DNA of 58,110 nt from Octopus bimaculoides (lineage: Eukaryota), in NCBI RefSeq assembly GCF_001194135.2, contig NC_068984.1:139515300-139573409 (forward strand), given 5' to 3'. Position numbers and translations under genes: made by a program. Under the pieces are notes generated by a model that did no database searches, was not told the DNA's origin, and worked only from the letters and a program-made list of their open reading frames with translations. How positions within the stretch are numbered: position 1 is the stretch's first letter; each line of letters starts with the position of its first letter. Shown piece by piece: positions 37,897 through 50,999 of the stretch.

Positions 37897-38844
37897 NNNN
37901 NNNNNNNNNNNNNNNNNNNNNNNNNNNNNNNNNNNNNNNNNNNNNNNNNNNNNNNNNNNNNNNNNNNNNNNNNNNNNNNNNNNNNNNNNNNNNNNNNNNN
38001 NNNNNNNNNNNNNNNNNNNNNNNNNNNNNNNNNNNNNNNNNNNNNNNNNNNNNNNNNNNNNNNNNNNNNNNNNNNNNNNNNNNNNNNNNNNNNNNNNNNN
38101 NNNNNNNNNNNNNNNNNNNNNNNNNNNNNNNNNNNNNNNNNNNNNNNNNNNNNNNNNNNNNNNNNNNNNNNNNNNNNNNNNNNNNNNNNNNNNNNNNNNN
38201 NNNNNNNNTCTCTCTCTCTCTACACACACTGTGAAGCCGCCATTTTTTTCTTTTGTAAAAGCTTGATAAACTCAGACACCTTCACACACATGCACCCACA
38301 TACACGCATACATTTATACTATAATGCATGTTTGTATATGCGTATGTATATCGTGGTTCTTGTATTCGCCATTCTAGTGGAACAAAGAAAGTAACTTTCC
38401 CAGTTCTATACAATTATTTTCTATTATTGTAATTCAAAAAAAAAAATGAAAAACAAACAAACAAATCTTCCTGTGTTTCTTTTCCAAGAAAGTTATCATT
38501 CTACATACCACTTTCTGTGTATGAGACTCCAACAGTACAATTTTGGGGTTTTATATTTGGTTTTATAAGTTTATATATTTTGGTTTTATAAGTTTTATAA
38601 TAACTTATTTCCGAATAAATATACTTTAAATATACTATGCTGCACGTATTCACGTGTACTTACAAAGATCAGACAGGTTGAAGGTGGAATTGAACTAATT
38701 AAAATAAGTCTTTGTTAATGGAGACACTTGTTTCATAGTTTCAATCTTTCTGTTCGAGATAATGCAGTCTGCTTAGATTAGAAAGAAAATGATTAAGTTT
38801 GACAAATAAACTTAATTAAGTTTTTCATTCAGTCAAGCGCAAGT

Positions 38845-38935
38845 ATGGTTCTGTGGTTAGGAAGGTCACTGTGCAACGTCCTGGTTTCGTTTTCAGACCC
38901 ACCGCGCGGCATCTTTTGCAAATGTCTACTAGCTT
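38845..38935 (+). mobile_element. Degenerate SINE family B head
   Basis: ggttctgtggttaggaagg..ttttcagacccaccgcgcggcatcttttgcaaatgtc. Confidence 0.5.
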
Positions 38936-39524
38936 TCTACAATAGAAAGTACTGATCGAGTTATGTTTCGTGTGTTAATTTAATAGATGGATGCTGTGCG
39001 GAGGAGTATGAAGTACACACACAAACACGCCTGTATGTGTGTGTGCGCGCGCGCGTGCGAGTGAAAATGGGCAAAGTTCTTCCGTTTTTAGAAAGCCAAT
39101 AATCATAGATACAAAGGTGATTTCGAACCATATATGTGTGCGTCACACACATGCAAGCACACACTCCCACACGCATACACCCATAAATCATTCCTATAAG
39201 CATTTGTAAAAATACATAGAGAAATTTACGTTCATAGGCACAGAAGTAAATCGAAATTAAATACTCCATAACAAAACAGTTTATTCACCAAAACCTAACA
39301 GGTTACCTGAAGGACAAGTCAAAATAGAAAGATATATGCCGATCTATTAAAATCGTAGAAAACATACTGCAAGGTAATTCAACAGCTGCTACATTTGAGA
39401 AACAGTAAATTTACTCCTCACGTTGAAGGTGAGAAACGGCATAAAATTACTTTCATGAAAACTTATAAAATTTGTAATACAAGACATGCACAGAAGGATC
39501 TGTGGGGAAGTACAGAAAAAAGAA

Positions 39525-39635
39525 ATAGGAGTGGCTGTGTGGTAAGTAGCTTGCTTACGAACCACATGGTGCCGAGTTCAGTCCCACCTTGGGCAAGTGT
39601 CTTCTACTATAGCCCCGAGCCAACCAAAGCCTTCT
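39525..39635 (+). mobile_element. SINE family B head
   Basis: ataggagtggctgtgtggtaagtagcttgcttacgaaccacatggtgccgagttcagtccca..ccttgggcaagtgtcttctactatagcc. Confidence 0.88.
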
Positions 39636-41017
39636 AAGGCCTCTGACATAGCAGAACACGTTGATGTCAGTCCCAGAACAGCAGTCAGGTATCTAACAAA
39701 CTTGGTTACTATGACAGAACAGCAAGAAATGAACCACTTCCTCAACCAGCCAACATCAAGCAGAGAAAATATTGCGCCAGTGAGATGGTGAAGAGGACAC
39801 TAGCATTTTGGCACACTGTCACATTCTCTGATGAGTCCAGATTTTTTGTATTTCCTGGCTGAGTATGGGTCTTAAAAGTCTGTGATCGAGAATTTGATGT
39901 GAACAGATTGCAGCCAAAAATGAAACGCGGCAGCTTTTCTGTGATGGTCCGGAGAGCAATTCGGAGCTATGCTTGATTAGAGCTAGTGAAGTGTGAGATG
40001 ATTATAAACTGAGACAAATATGTGTCCATATTGCAGAAAGGACTCCTTCCAATCTTCTCCAGTGGTAAAATTATTAAAGAAGACTCTTTATTTATGGAAG
40101 ATGGGACTCCTTGTCACACGGCTAAAATGACTCAAGATTGTTTGAATGAGAATGGCATTAAAAAGCTTCCGGGACCATACCAGTCACTAGATAAGAAGAC
40201 TGTTGAACAGCTCTGGGTCATAATGGACAGGACACTTCATAAAAAGAAAGCATCTTCAAAGTCAAATCTTTTGATACTACTGCATGAAACTTGGCAAGAG
40301 AATATTCATCTGATCAGTAACATGGCTAATAGGACCCTTACATTGCGAAAATGCCAAGGGCATTCACATAATATTTACAATATAACAACCAATAAATACC
40401 GTACTTTCCGGTCTATAAAGCACATCTATATTTAAGCCGCAGGGCCGAATTTGGAGGAAAAGTTTGGTTTTATCACCACCTAAAGCGAACAGGTGTTTAA
40501 AATACCTACTGAGCTACGGGTCCGCAGCTAGCTTTTTTGTTGTTCACGTGTATGCGGTTTCAAATTGCCATAATTTACAACTATGAGATATATTGTTATT
40601 GCTACGATTTTATCTCACTATAATCAACAACAAATACATTTTGTCAATATGGAAGTCTGTATTAGATTAAAATAACATTATCAAAACATGAAGGTGAACC
40701 AAAACAAATATGCTTTGTTTTCTTCCGGGCGCCAACATACTGTAGCAAGTAGTCTTTCATGTTGTTCACTAACCGACCTTTGCTCTGAAAACATCAATGG
40801 AATCATCCGATCTCCATACACAAATTATTTTCCTGCTGAAACTTATAAAAAAATGCACATGTTAGGCGCACATTTCTATAAGCCGCACACTAAATTTCCC
40901 AGGTAAAGTATAACGATTTATACAACGAAAAATACGGTAATCCGAACGTATAATTTCAGATTTAAATAGATTTTAATGATTACTTGAGTGCCTATTTACT
41001 CCTGCCATGTCTGTGTA
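39636..41017 (+). mobile_element. Decayed Tc1-type (DD34E) transposon, 5'-truncated, with putative right TIR at 40988-41015
   Basis: DIAEHVDVSPRTAVRYL..FWHTVTFSDESRF..SVMV..DKYVSILQKGLLP..FMEDGTPCHTAKMTQDCLNENGI..PYQSLDKKTVEQLW (FSDES, QDGAPCH, WPxQSPDxNPIExLW motifs). The rc of 40988-41017, tacacagacatggcaggagtaaataggcac, is Tc1-TIR-like. Confidence 0.82.
40399..40937. mobile_element. pogo/Tigger-like non-autonomous element (MITE) with TA TSD
   Basis: Left TA-ccgtactttccggtctataaa; right tttatacaacgaaaaatacgg-TA (imperfect TIRs); internal tataagccgca motifs. Confidence 0.72.
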
Positions 41018-42903
41018 TATATGTATTTATTTACGCATGTGAATATGCATGTATACATATTTTATATTTTCGTGCTTCCCTCTATCTCCCTGTGTCCGTC
41101 TGTCTCTCCCTCTTTATATATNNNNNNNNNNNNNNNNNNNNNNNNNNNNNNNNNNNNNNNNNNNNNNNNNNNNNNNNNNNNNNNNNNNNNNNNNNNNNNN
41201 NNNNNNNNNNNNNNNNNNNNNNNNNNNNNNNNNGATGAAAACATCCAATCCTACGCTAGCTCCACTGTTTAATACCTAACTTTGTAGAGAAAAACCTTAT
41301 AATTCACATAGGTTTATATTAAATTTATAAAAATGAAAAGAAAACGGAGATATACAATTGTGAATTCAAATATTAAAATTTATTAACATGATATTATTAT
41401 ATTCTCATAATGATATAATATAACAAGTATTAAATACAAATTACATACTCGTTTCGATTTGTATCCATTATAAAATTATCGAAAATGCATTGTTTCTGGG
41501 TAAGAATCTCTTCTGTGTAACTTTTGATATATGAGGCTCACACATCGAAGAAAAGACTGAATTTAAATATATTTATGTTTTCAAGCGTGAGCGTCAAGGA
41601 TTAAAAACAAAAAGATAAAAATAAAAAAGTAAAATATGAAAAATAAACTAGTATAACGGTCATAGAATATATTTGTGTACTACTATATATTTTAATCTAA
41701 ATATATCTTAACGCATTATTTTTCTAAAATACCAGGAACAATATTTTTTAAAAATACTTTTTAAAATATTAAAAAAAAAAGCAGCTATGGTAAATTCAGA
41801 AATATCTCTTTCATTCTTTAGTATTATAAAAATATAGATGTTATTATGATAACAATACACTATCTATTGGCAAATTGCAAAATAATATATTTTAAATATT
41901 TTATCATGTCTAGTCAAATGGCAAATACTATTATAAAATACATTGCATTAATTATTTATAATAATCATTACTAAAAATCTAAGATTAATAATTAAAAAAG
42001 AAGAAACTTTGCTAAAAATATTATCATAACATTATTATCGAAGAAATTAAATCCACGCTGGATTAACCAGTTATTCAAAAAGAAAGTTAATGATAGGGAC
42101 AGCAAAAATGTCCCTTTGATAATTAGTCATTTCCATATTAAGAGAAAAATAATGCTAAAATTAAAATCAAAATTAGAATTAAAATTAAATTACTTAGTTT
42201 GTTTTTAGAAGAAAAATGTCATCGTAATATTATATATGCATTTATACTCATGGAAGAACAGAAGTGACATAATTTAACAAAAGTAATTTACACAAAATGT
42301 TTTAATATGATGTACGATAAATATTATTTATCCAGAATAATTTTTATCTATACTAATTTTACACAAATAAATGAAAAATTTCATATTTTTCATTCGCTTT
42401 AAATCAATGTTTATAATCTAATGCAATCATAGTTACGAATAGAAGTATGTAATACTAGAAATATTTAATATTTACAATAGGATCTACTTTAAAATTTAGT
42501 TTAAATTGATATAATTACATTTAAGTTCCTTCAATATAAAATAACATAATTTAAAACTTCCTATGGCCTTCAATATCTTAATTTCAATTTTAGCATTATC
42601 TTTTAGTATGGAAATGAGTAATTATCAAAAGAACATTTATGAAATCTTTATGATTAAATTTTCGGGAGATAACTGGCTATTTTGGCGTTCATTTGATTTC
42701 TACGATAATTATATCATTATGATAATACATTTTAAAAAGTTTCTTTTTTACATAAACTACATAAATTTTAATTATTAATCTTTGATTTTGTATCTTTGTT
42801 TTTGTTCTTAATTATTGACGCTGACACATGAAAACATACTTATATTTAAATTCAGTCTTTTCTTGGATGTGTGAATCCTCATATATCTAAGATTACACTG
42901 AAG

Positions 42904-43111
42904 AGAAACAATGGATTTTTATAATTTTATTATGGGTAAGAATCGAAACAATTGTATGTAATTTGTATTTGATATTATTATTTAATACATTATATTATAT
43001 TATTATAAGAAACAATGGATTTTTATAATTTTATTATGGGTAAGAATCGAAACAATTGTATGTAATTTGTATTTGATATTATTATTTATTACATTATATC
43101 ATTTATTATAA
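42904..43111. repeat. 104-bp tandem duplication (2 near-identical copies)
   Basis: agaaacaatggatttttataattttattatgggtaagaatcgaaacaattgtatg.. starts at both 42904 and 43008. Confidence 0.9.
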
Positions 43112-43724
43112 GAATATAATAGAATATGTTAATAAATTTTAATTTTTACTGCAATTTACAACGTTCCGTACGTAAATACCTGTATACAAATATATATAGT
43201 TTACTGTAACGTTATCAGAATGATCGACAAATATTGAAGGAACAGATTACGTGGTTAGTTAGTATGAAAACGGTCCACGTTGGTATGTAGAGTGAGAAAG
43301 ACAGACATCAAGACAGATATGGGTTGTGAGTCAGTGAATAGAAAGGAGAAAAGAAAGAATTTGAAGGAACTAGATAGGTGTAAGAAAGAATGAATGAGAA
43401 CGAAAGTAAAATAAAAATTAAAAATCAATAATAAAAATACAGATAAAGATAAGGTGATAGTATTATTCTTCGGTTGGGTAGCTTCGGAGTGAGAGGTCAG
43501 GGCTTAAGGTTTTGATAAAGTGGAGGACGATGACATTTATGGCTATTAATTAAACAGATGAATACTAGGTTCGGTATGGTCAGAAAGAATATTTAGTTCA
43601 GTGGTCAGTAAGGATAGCTACAATGCTAGAAATAGATGCCTAACATAAGGGAACATATGTAGGATTAAGTATACAATTAAATGTATACAGACACACACAT
43701 ATTTATAGAGAGAGAGACGGATAG

Positions 43725-43732
43725 ACAGACAG

Positions 43733-43777
<45 letters not shown>

Positions 43778-43845
43778 TATAGATAGATAGATAATACATA
43801 CATACATGCATACATACATACATAGAGGGATATATAGATAGATAT

Positions 43846-43903
<58 letters not shown>

Positions 43904-44060
43904 TATAGATATACACATATACATGCACGAATATATACATGTATATATACATTCGCTCATGCATATATCCATACATACATGCATACATACATACATACAT
44001 ACATACATACATACATACATACATACATACATACGTGCATACGTGCATACATACATATCT
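43725..44060. repeat. (GATA)n / (TACA)n compound microsatellite
   Basis: Visible directly. Confidence 0.95.
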
Positions 44061-45427
44061 AATTATGTACATACATACTTTTATACATACAAATAATATA
44101 TAGTCAGTACATACAAAACTGGCGCTAAGCGTCGCAATAAATATACATTTGTGCCTCGAACTGTAATTTTCCTAACGATATGAATATTATTTATTTAAAT
44201 GGCACGCGTTACACAGTGACTGAAAGTCCGACGTTCGTACATTTGCATTCATCAAACATTTTGCTGTGCGCCAATGCATTTTCTACAATTCATCATTGTT
44301 ACTCCGTCTTTGTCTGCCCAACTTTGTCTCTGTGTCACTCTCTCTGTTCATCTATCTATTTCTTTAACAACTTCTCTTTCACTCACTCTCTCTTTATATA
44401 TATATATATATATATATATATNNNNNNNNNNNNNNNNNNNNNNNNNNNNNNNNNNNNNNNNNNNNNNNNNNNNNNNNNNNNNNNNNNNNNNNNNNNNNNN
44501 NNNNNNNNNNNNNNNNNNNNNNNNNNNNNNNNNNNNNNNNNNNNNNNNNNNNNNNNNNNNNNNNNNNNNNNNNNNNNNNNNNNNNNNNNNNNNNNNNNNN
44601 NNNNNNNNNNNNNNNNNNNNNNNNNNNNNNNNNNNNNNNNNNNNNNNNNNNNNNNNNNNNNNNNNNNNNNNNNNNNNNNNNNNNNNNNNNNNNNNNNNNN
44701 NNNNNNNNNNNNNNNNNNNNNNNNNNNNNNNNNNNNNNNNNNNNNNNNNNNNNNNNNNNNNNNNNNNNNNNNNNNNNNNNNNNNNNNNNNNNNNNNNNNN
44801 NNNNNNNNNNNNNNNNNNNNNNNNNNNNNNNNNNNNNNNNNNNNNNNNNNNNNNNNNNNNNNNNNNNNNNNNNNNNNNNNNNNNNNNNNNNNNNNNNNNN
44901 NNNNNNNNNNNNNNNNNNNNNNNNNNNNNNNNNNNNNNNNNNNNNNNNNNNNNNNNNNNNNNNNNNNNNNNNNNNNNNNNNNNNNNNNNNNNNNNNNNNN
45001 NNNNNNNNNNNNNNNNNNNNNNNNNNNNNNNNNNNNNNNNNNNNNNNNNNNNNNNNNNNNNNNNNNNNNNNNNNNNNNNNNNNNNNNNNNNNNNNNNNNN
45101 NNNNNNNNNNNNNNNNNNNNNNNNNNNNNNNNNNNNNNNNNNNNNNNNNNNNNNNNNNNNNNNNNNNNNNNNNNNNNNNNNTATATATATATATATATAT
45201 ATATATATGCTTTTGCATCTGTGTATGATCGCATGTAGGTGTTTGTGTTCGTTTGTCTGAGTCAGTTTAGAAGAGAACCAGAATCAGTCAGACAGGACGT
45301 GGCGGGAGCAGTTTCAACAATTATAATCTCGAGTGTTGCGATGTATTGAAATGATTCCACTCTGGTTGCTATGCTCTTTAATATTATAAATAAATAGCTA
45401 CCTGATGTAATTAAGTTTTCTACTTAC

Positions 45428-45491
45428 ACCACAGCTAGCGCTGTTTGAGCCATTTGGGCCATGACCTTTGAGCTGATTATTCTCACGAATG
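45428..45491 (-). CDS. Candidate internal exon
   Basis: attatttattacgaacag| .. GGT|gtaagt; two open frames (IRENNQLKGHGPNGSNSASCG or FVRIISSKVMAQMAQTALAV); GC-rich island. Confidence 0.3.
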
Positions 45492-45986
45492 CTGTTCGTA
45501 ATAAATAATGACGGTGAATATCGGTTTCACCCAAATACCTACCCATAGGAGTTCGTTTTATGATATCCGTCTCAATCGTCTTCATCGTATTGATCTTCAA
45601 GATAATTATCACCGTCGCCAGTATCTTTCAAATCAACATTATCGTCGTCATGACTATCATCATTGTCATCGTCATCATCATCATCGATAGTATCGTCATA
45701 ATCATCATTATTTGCAACAATTATTACCATTCGTGTTATCAATATATTCTATTAGTACAGCCATAGACATCTTCCATTCTCAGTCTGTCGCACTCTTATT
45801 AGCACGAGCACCACTTCTACTACTATTACTACTACTACAACTGCTATACTACCTGTTTATAAGGAAATACTACCAACTCTTGTGTTCTTAATTTTCCTGG
45901 TTTTCAGCTTAATAATATGTATATTTTCTGATATATAAGTATTCCATTGATGCTTTGATTACATTTATAACTGCCTGTTTACCTTT

Positions 45987-46053
<67 letters not shown>

Positions 46054-46187
46054 TCCCCCTCTCTCTCTGTATTTATATATATATAACACCCGAAAAATCC
46101 CAATCTGTAACAAATTATTGGGGTCACATTTATAACGTGCTTTTCAGCATTAAGAATTTAAGTCCGAATATCATTGTGAATATCGTG

Positions 46188-46550
46188 GCACTCCGTCGGT
46201 TACGATGACGATGGTACCAGTTGATCCGATCAACGGAACAGCCTGCTCGTGAAATTAACGTATAAGTAGCTGAGCACTCCACAGAGACGTGTACCCTTAA
46301 CGTAGTTCTCGGGGAGATTCGGCGTGACACAAAGTGGGACAAGGCTAGCCTCTTTGTAATGCAGGTACAACAGAAACAGGAAGAAAGAGTGAGAGATAAA
46401 GTTGTAGCGAAAGAATACAGCAAGATTCACCGCCACCCACTTTGGGGGTTTTGGCTCAATAAACACTCACAACGTCCGGTCTCGGAATCAAAACCGCGAT
46501 CCTTCGACCGCTAGTCTACTGCCCTAACCACTGGGCCATTGCGCCTCCAC
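46188..46550 (-). mobile_element. tRNA-derived SINE: head H1 plus 3' module D (full length)
   Basis: rc begins gtggaggcgcaatggcccagtggttagggcagtagac (same head as 31298) and ends ..gagaactacgttaagggtacacg..ttaatttcacgagcaggctg..taaccgacggagtg (same tail as 23565). Confidence 0.85.
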
Positions 46551-47070
46551 ATTGTTATTATAATATCACTGTACAAGTAGCACCACCAATATTAACATTA
46601 CCAACAAAACCACCAAATATTTTAGTTATCCAAACTAGAACGCTTTCGGCTGGCTTCCAGTAAACTTAACATTAAATCAGCTTTATTCTCGTTATTAATA
46701 AAAAGCCTTAAGGAATCTTTCTATTGGCTACAAGAAGTTGTTAAAATGACTAGGAGGAAATTCTCCGAAGCTTTGTCAACTTGACAGCTACGCATTTTCG
46801 ACAACAGAATCGTTTTTTGTTCCTAAAATGGTTGTCACACAAAGCAATTGCTACCTCATATCCTGTAACGTGGATCAATATTATAAAGGCATTTCAATTC
46901 AAAAGAAAAGCTACTATAGAAAAGAACGATAAAAATGTTAACGAATGATCGATTTGATTGCCTCCATCATCACAGTCACTTAAGACTCATATATACCCGG
47001 ACAATAGAATACCCAGAATCATGACTGTTGAAAATATACTGTTTAAAAAGATAATAATACTTGCTTTCAG

Positions 47071-47161
47071 AAGTCAATTCAATTTTTGGAAATTTTTGAA
47101 TTATTTCTGGCATTGAAAATGCCTCAGGCCTTTACATCTACTAAAAACTCTCAATGTTCAA
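47071..47161 (+). CDS. Candidate plus-strand exon (unverified)
   Basis: aatacttgctttcag|KSIQFLEIFELFLALKMPQAFTSTKNSQCS|gtgagt; single open frame. Confidence 0.2.
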
Positions 47162-49514
47162 GTGAGTCCTATAATGAATCATTATTTCCACATCTGGGAT
47201 TAAGTTGCTGCTACCAATAGAAACATCCTATAGCGTATAAAAATACATCATTCGACCGGCTCTGTATGAAGTCACTCGACTATTACCCCAATCTCTAACC
47301 CATAAATCAGCTCCTCCCTCTCCTCCTCTGTCTTTTATAGTGCTCCTGCAGCTGCCACTCCTCCGTGGAGAACTCTGATCTCGTTTCTCTTCTACTCAGG
47401 TTCACCTAGCTCATTTGTTTTTGACTCACGTCGCTTAAGTTTTGCCGATGCTCAAGGCTTCGTACAATACACAACATCCTCCATTCCCATATAATCAATC
47501 CCTTGCCCATTTGTATGTATTATTTTTTCATTAGGCAAAAGAAAAGGGTAATGCACGTGAGGATTTATACTGTCTTTGATACTGACATATGTGGGTCAGA
47601 AAGTTATTTTTATAATGGAGTCTGGCCTTGATGTTTGCAATAAAATGGACACCGCTTAAGACACTTAAGCAGATTGTGATGTCAAAGTGACCGACAGATT
47701 AAATCTATATTAATTCGTTCTCCTGCAGACGTTGATTTGCAAGAGCAAGACTTACTGCGTTGATCTCATAACACTTATATAAGAACATTTAAATTTTAAA
47801 AAATAAAACAGTTTTTTCACAGAAGTTGAGCAAATAGCCTCAGGTTTAAAATTTTTCCTGTTATTGCTGCAGGTTCATATAAATATGTGTTACGATGTTA
47901 CAAGATAAATACAATATATATGCTTAAAAAGCTATCAAATTTGAACAACACTGGTAAACATACAATAACGTCACTCTCATTCAAAACGTATTGGTGGGTG
48001 AGATGTGAACTTGTTTGTTTGCTAATTCTAGCTTATCGAGCGACTCAATCGAATTTTCTTCATTACAAAAATGCTCTCACCCAATTTCGAAAACACTTTC
48101 CATTATCATCGGTAGTTACATTCGATTAATTTTGAAGTAAGCAATTGATATGAATTTATCACTAAATCAATATTAATTTTTTTTTAAATTAAAATTATTC
48201 TACATATTTTGAACATTTATTTACTATTATCTAAGCAATGGTTGAATTAACATGTCTAGTAAATGTTTATGTCTGGCTTCAAATATTTATGCTCCAACTG
48301 CCCTGAATATACTTGTAATTATTTACAATATATTAATCTTTTTTATGTATATCAATTTTTATATATTACTAATATAACGTTAGTCACCAGTAAATATTCA
48401 TCCGTCGGCTGATAATCTACATCAAATTGTGTAATTTTTCGTTATGTTATTATGTGTTACTAATCTATTTATTCAGCTGAAATTTACATGAAAGCAATTA
48501 CAAAAAGCAGTTTTAAACAGAAGCATCCAGAGGGATATTGATATCGGTAGTTTTCATTTCAGGAGAAATAACAGAAAAGATTAGGAACAGCCTCCATGTA
48601 CTTCAAGTGTTGAATCGTTTTTTCAAACAACCTTTATTAAACAATAGCAGCAAAATTAAGTCCCACAACGCAAAGGAATAACTGCCGCCTAAACAAGAGA
48701 TAACATGAATACGTGGAATGAGAAAAATACGCAATATTTCCATGAAATGCAGTATGAAACACAGCACTATTTCTATTGTTATTTCAAGTACAATAATGTG
48801 GTTTTATTTCTATTTTATAAGGCAACCCTTCTTTACATAAGATATTCGTAGAATAGAAACAGAGAGAAAAAACATATGCACACATGCATATATAGATACA
48901 TACAAGTAAACATGCATACATGCAAAAAAAGGCATGCAGAGAGACACGAATAGATGCTTTCTTGGAAGTTGGAATCCGCACATTTGGTGAAAGTTCCAAC
49001 TTCCCTAGCCGCAGCCCACTGAAACGAAAATTTTACAAACAATTAATCAACTGGAAAACGGTTAATTACTGAAAATACAAAGATTTTTGCAAATGCTGTA
49101 CGTATTTTATAATAAATATTTCTACGTGACAAAACTCTGTTTTCGTTTCTCTTACTAAAATTCAAAGAATATACCTTAAGGGCTTGCATCAGCCAGCAAC
49201 AAATATCGGAGTTGCCCCGTAGCAATGATCTATACATGTACGATAAGAAACAGCTGACATTAGAAAACAATATTTTCGGTTAATATAAGAATAAAATTCA
49301 GCAATGATGAATCCTCAGATTCAACATTTAAACGTATGGAACATAGAAGAATAGACACCATTACCAAAGCCCATCGCATCTATAGAATATATATGCTTTT
49401 CTATGTAAACAATGTTGAAAACACTTTGATATTGATCTAAATGCATCTTAAAAAAGATGGACGAATATACATTGGTTGACTAAAGACTGATACGCTATAT
49501 TTTACGATCTCTTT

Positions 49515-49738
49515 CCGAGCGGGCAGAATCAGAAGCCTGCCGGGAAAAAATGCTTAGGGGTATTTCATCTGTCTTCTTCTACTGAGTTGAAATTCCGCTG
49601 GGGTCCACTTTCTCATTTATCCTTTCAGAGTCGATAAAATAAGTACCAGTTATGCATTGGGGGGGGGGGCATGTAATCGACTTACCCCACCCCCACCTCT
49701 AAATTGCTGGCCTTGTGCGAAAATTTCAAACCAATATT
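49515..49738 (+). mobile_element. SINE family A
   Basis: gagcgggcagaatc..aaatgcttaggggtatttc..gagttgaaattccgctggggtc..gtcgataaaataagtaccagtt..gctggccttgtgcg. Confidence 0.8.
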
Positions 49739-50334
49739 TGCGGTACTTGACTGACGAAAACCAGTGATATCATGATAGAACAGTCAATATCTTGAAATTA
49801 GTAGGAAACATTTTACAGAAATAATAATATTGATAGAAGGATTCTGCAAGAGAAGCAAGCGACGAAACCAAATCATTACAGCGATAACAAATATATGTTT
49901 AAACCTGAAAAGAGAAATGCTTTGTAATTCAGAAGTGAGTTCTTCATGTATAATCATTCATTAAACTTTTCATGCTTCAATCTTTTATCCATATACTCTC
50001 AATACTTTTGAATAGATATACCTTTCTAAAATACATAGATAATGGATTACAGACGATAAGCATGCTCACAAGGCATGAGAAAAGAAACCTATCACCTATG
50101 ATCGATTTTATCTACCAGAGTAAATTTTATGAGCCAGGAAATACTTCAGCACCGAACTAAAATCTACCCCTTCTTTGTGTAAGACACAGAACAAAAAAAT
50201 TCATGTACTGCATAGCGCTGCAACTACACGAAAACACTGAAGACCACACTAGAAATATGATTATGTTGTTGAGTGCCAGAGCCGCTAATCGCCAGAGCTT
50301 ACTATTTACCAATGACATGCACACAGTTCTACCT

Positions 50335-50568
50335 GACAAAACACACCAGCATGTTGGGAGGACAAACACAGACACACAAACACACATATATATATACATA
50401 TATACGACGGGCTTCTTTCAGTTTCCATCTACCAAATCCACTCACAAGGCTTTTGTCGGCCCGAGGCTATAGCAGAAGACACTTGCCCAAGGTGCCACAC
50501 AGTGGGACTGAACCTGGAATCATGTGCTTGGTAAGCAAGCTACTTACCACACTTACTCCTGTGCCCAT
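50335..50568 (-). mobile_element. SINE family B (head, CORE-like segment and short microsatellite)
   Basis: tatacgacgggcttctttcagtttccatctaccaaatccactcacaagg..gaagacacttgcccaaggtgccacacagtgggactgaacc..ctcctgtgcc. Confidence 0.88.
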
Positions 50569-50889
50569 ATACATATACATACATATATTAATATTTCTAT
50601 ATTAGTAACATTAATCAACTGTAAATATACATTTGTCTGATAATAATCTGCTCAGCCTTTATCAAATGGTGTTGCTCTTTTTTTTCATATTATATCTTTG
50701 ACTATTTTATTTATTCAGCTGATGTTTACATGAGAGCAATTACTATTGATCAATATATTTGATAGCATATTATTTTGAGAACTCATAATTCCTAAGCACA
50801 CATATATGTGTAAATATAGTTGCATATACTTACTTTTTTAACGCAGTAAAGATGTATTCTTAACATTTTTTTCAATGTATGCTTCCAAT

Positions 50890-50938
<49 letters not shown>

Positions 50939-50999
50939 ACATACACACGTACATATATATATATATACATACACATCATTGTATTATCTACCGATGACC

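Noticed and set aside
38663-38767. Strong acceptor and gtaagt donor on the minus strand
   Set aside because: All three frames contain stops, so it is not a coding exon; it could only be non-coding.
42563-42778. 71-aa ORF with a signal-peptide-like start (MAFNILISILALSFS)
   Set aside because: The hydrophobic I/F/L bias is expected from the extreme AT content; no family match.
47333-47340. TATAAAAG on the minus strand as a promoter
   Set aside because: TATA-like words are abundant in this AT-rich DNA; no supporting initiator or first exon.
47399-47495. RRLSFADAQG resembling the PP1-docking RVxF/SFAD motif of glycogen-targeting subunits
   Set aside because: The frame stops 11 codons later with no CBM21 domain; a short motif match is not enough.
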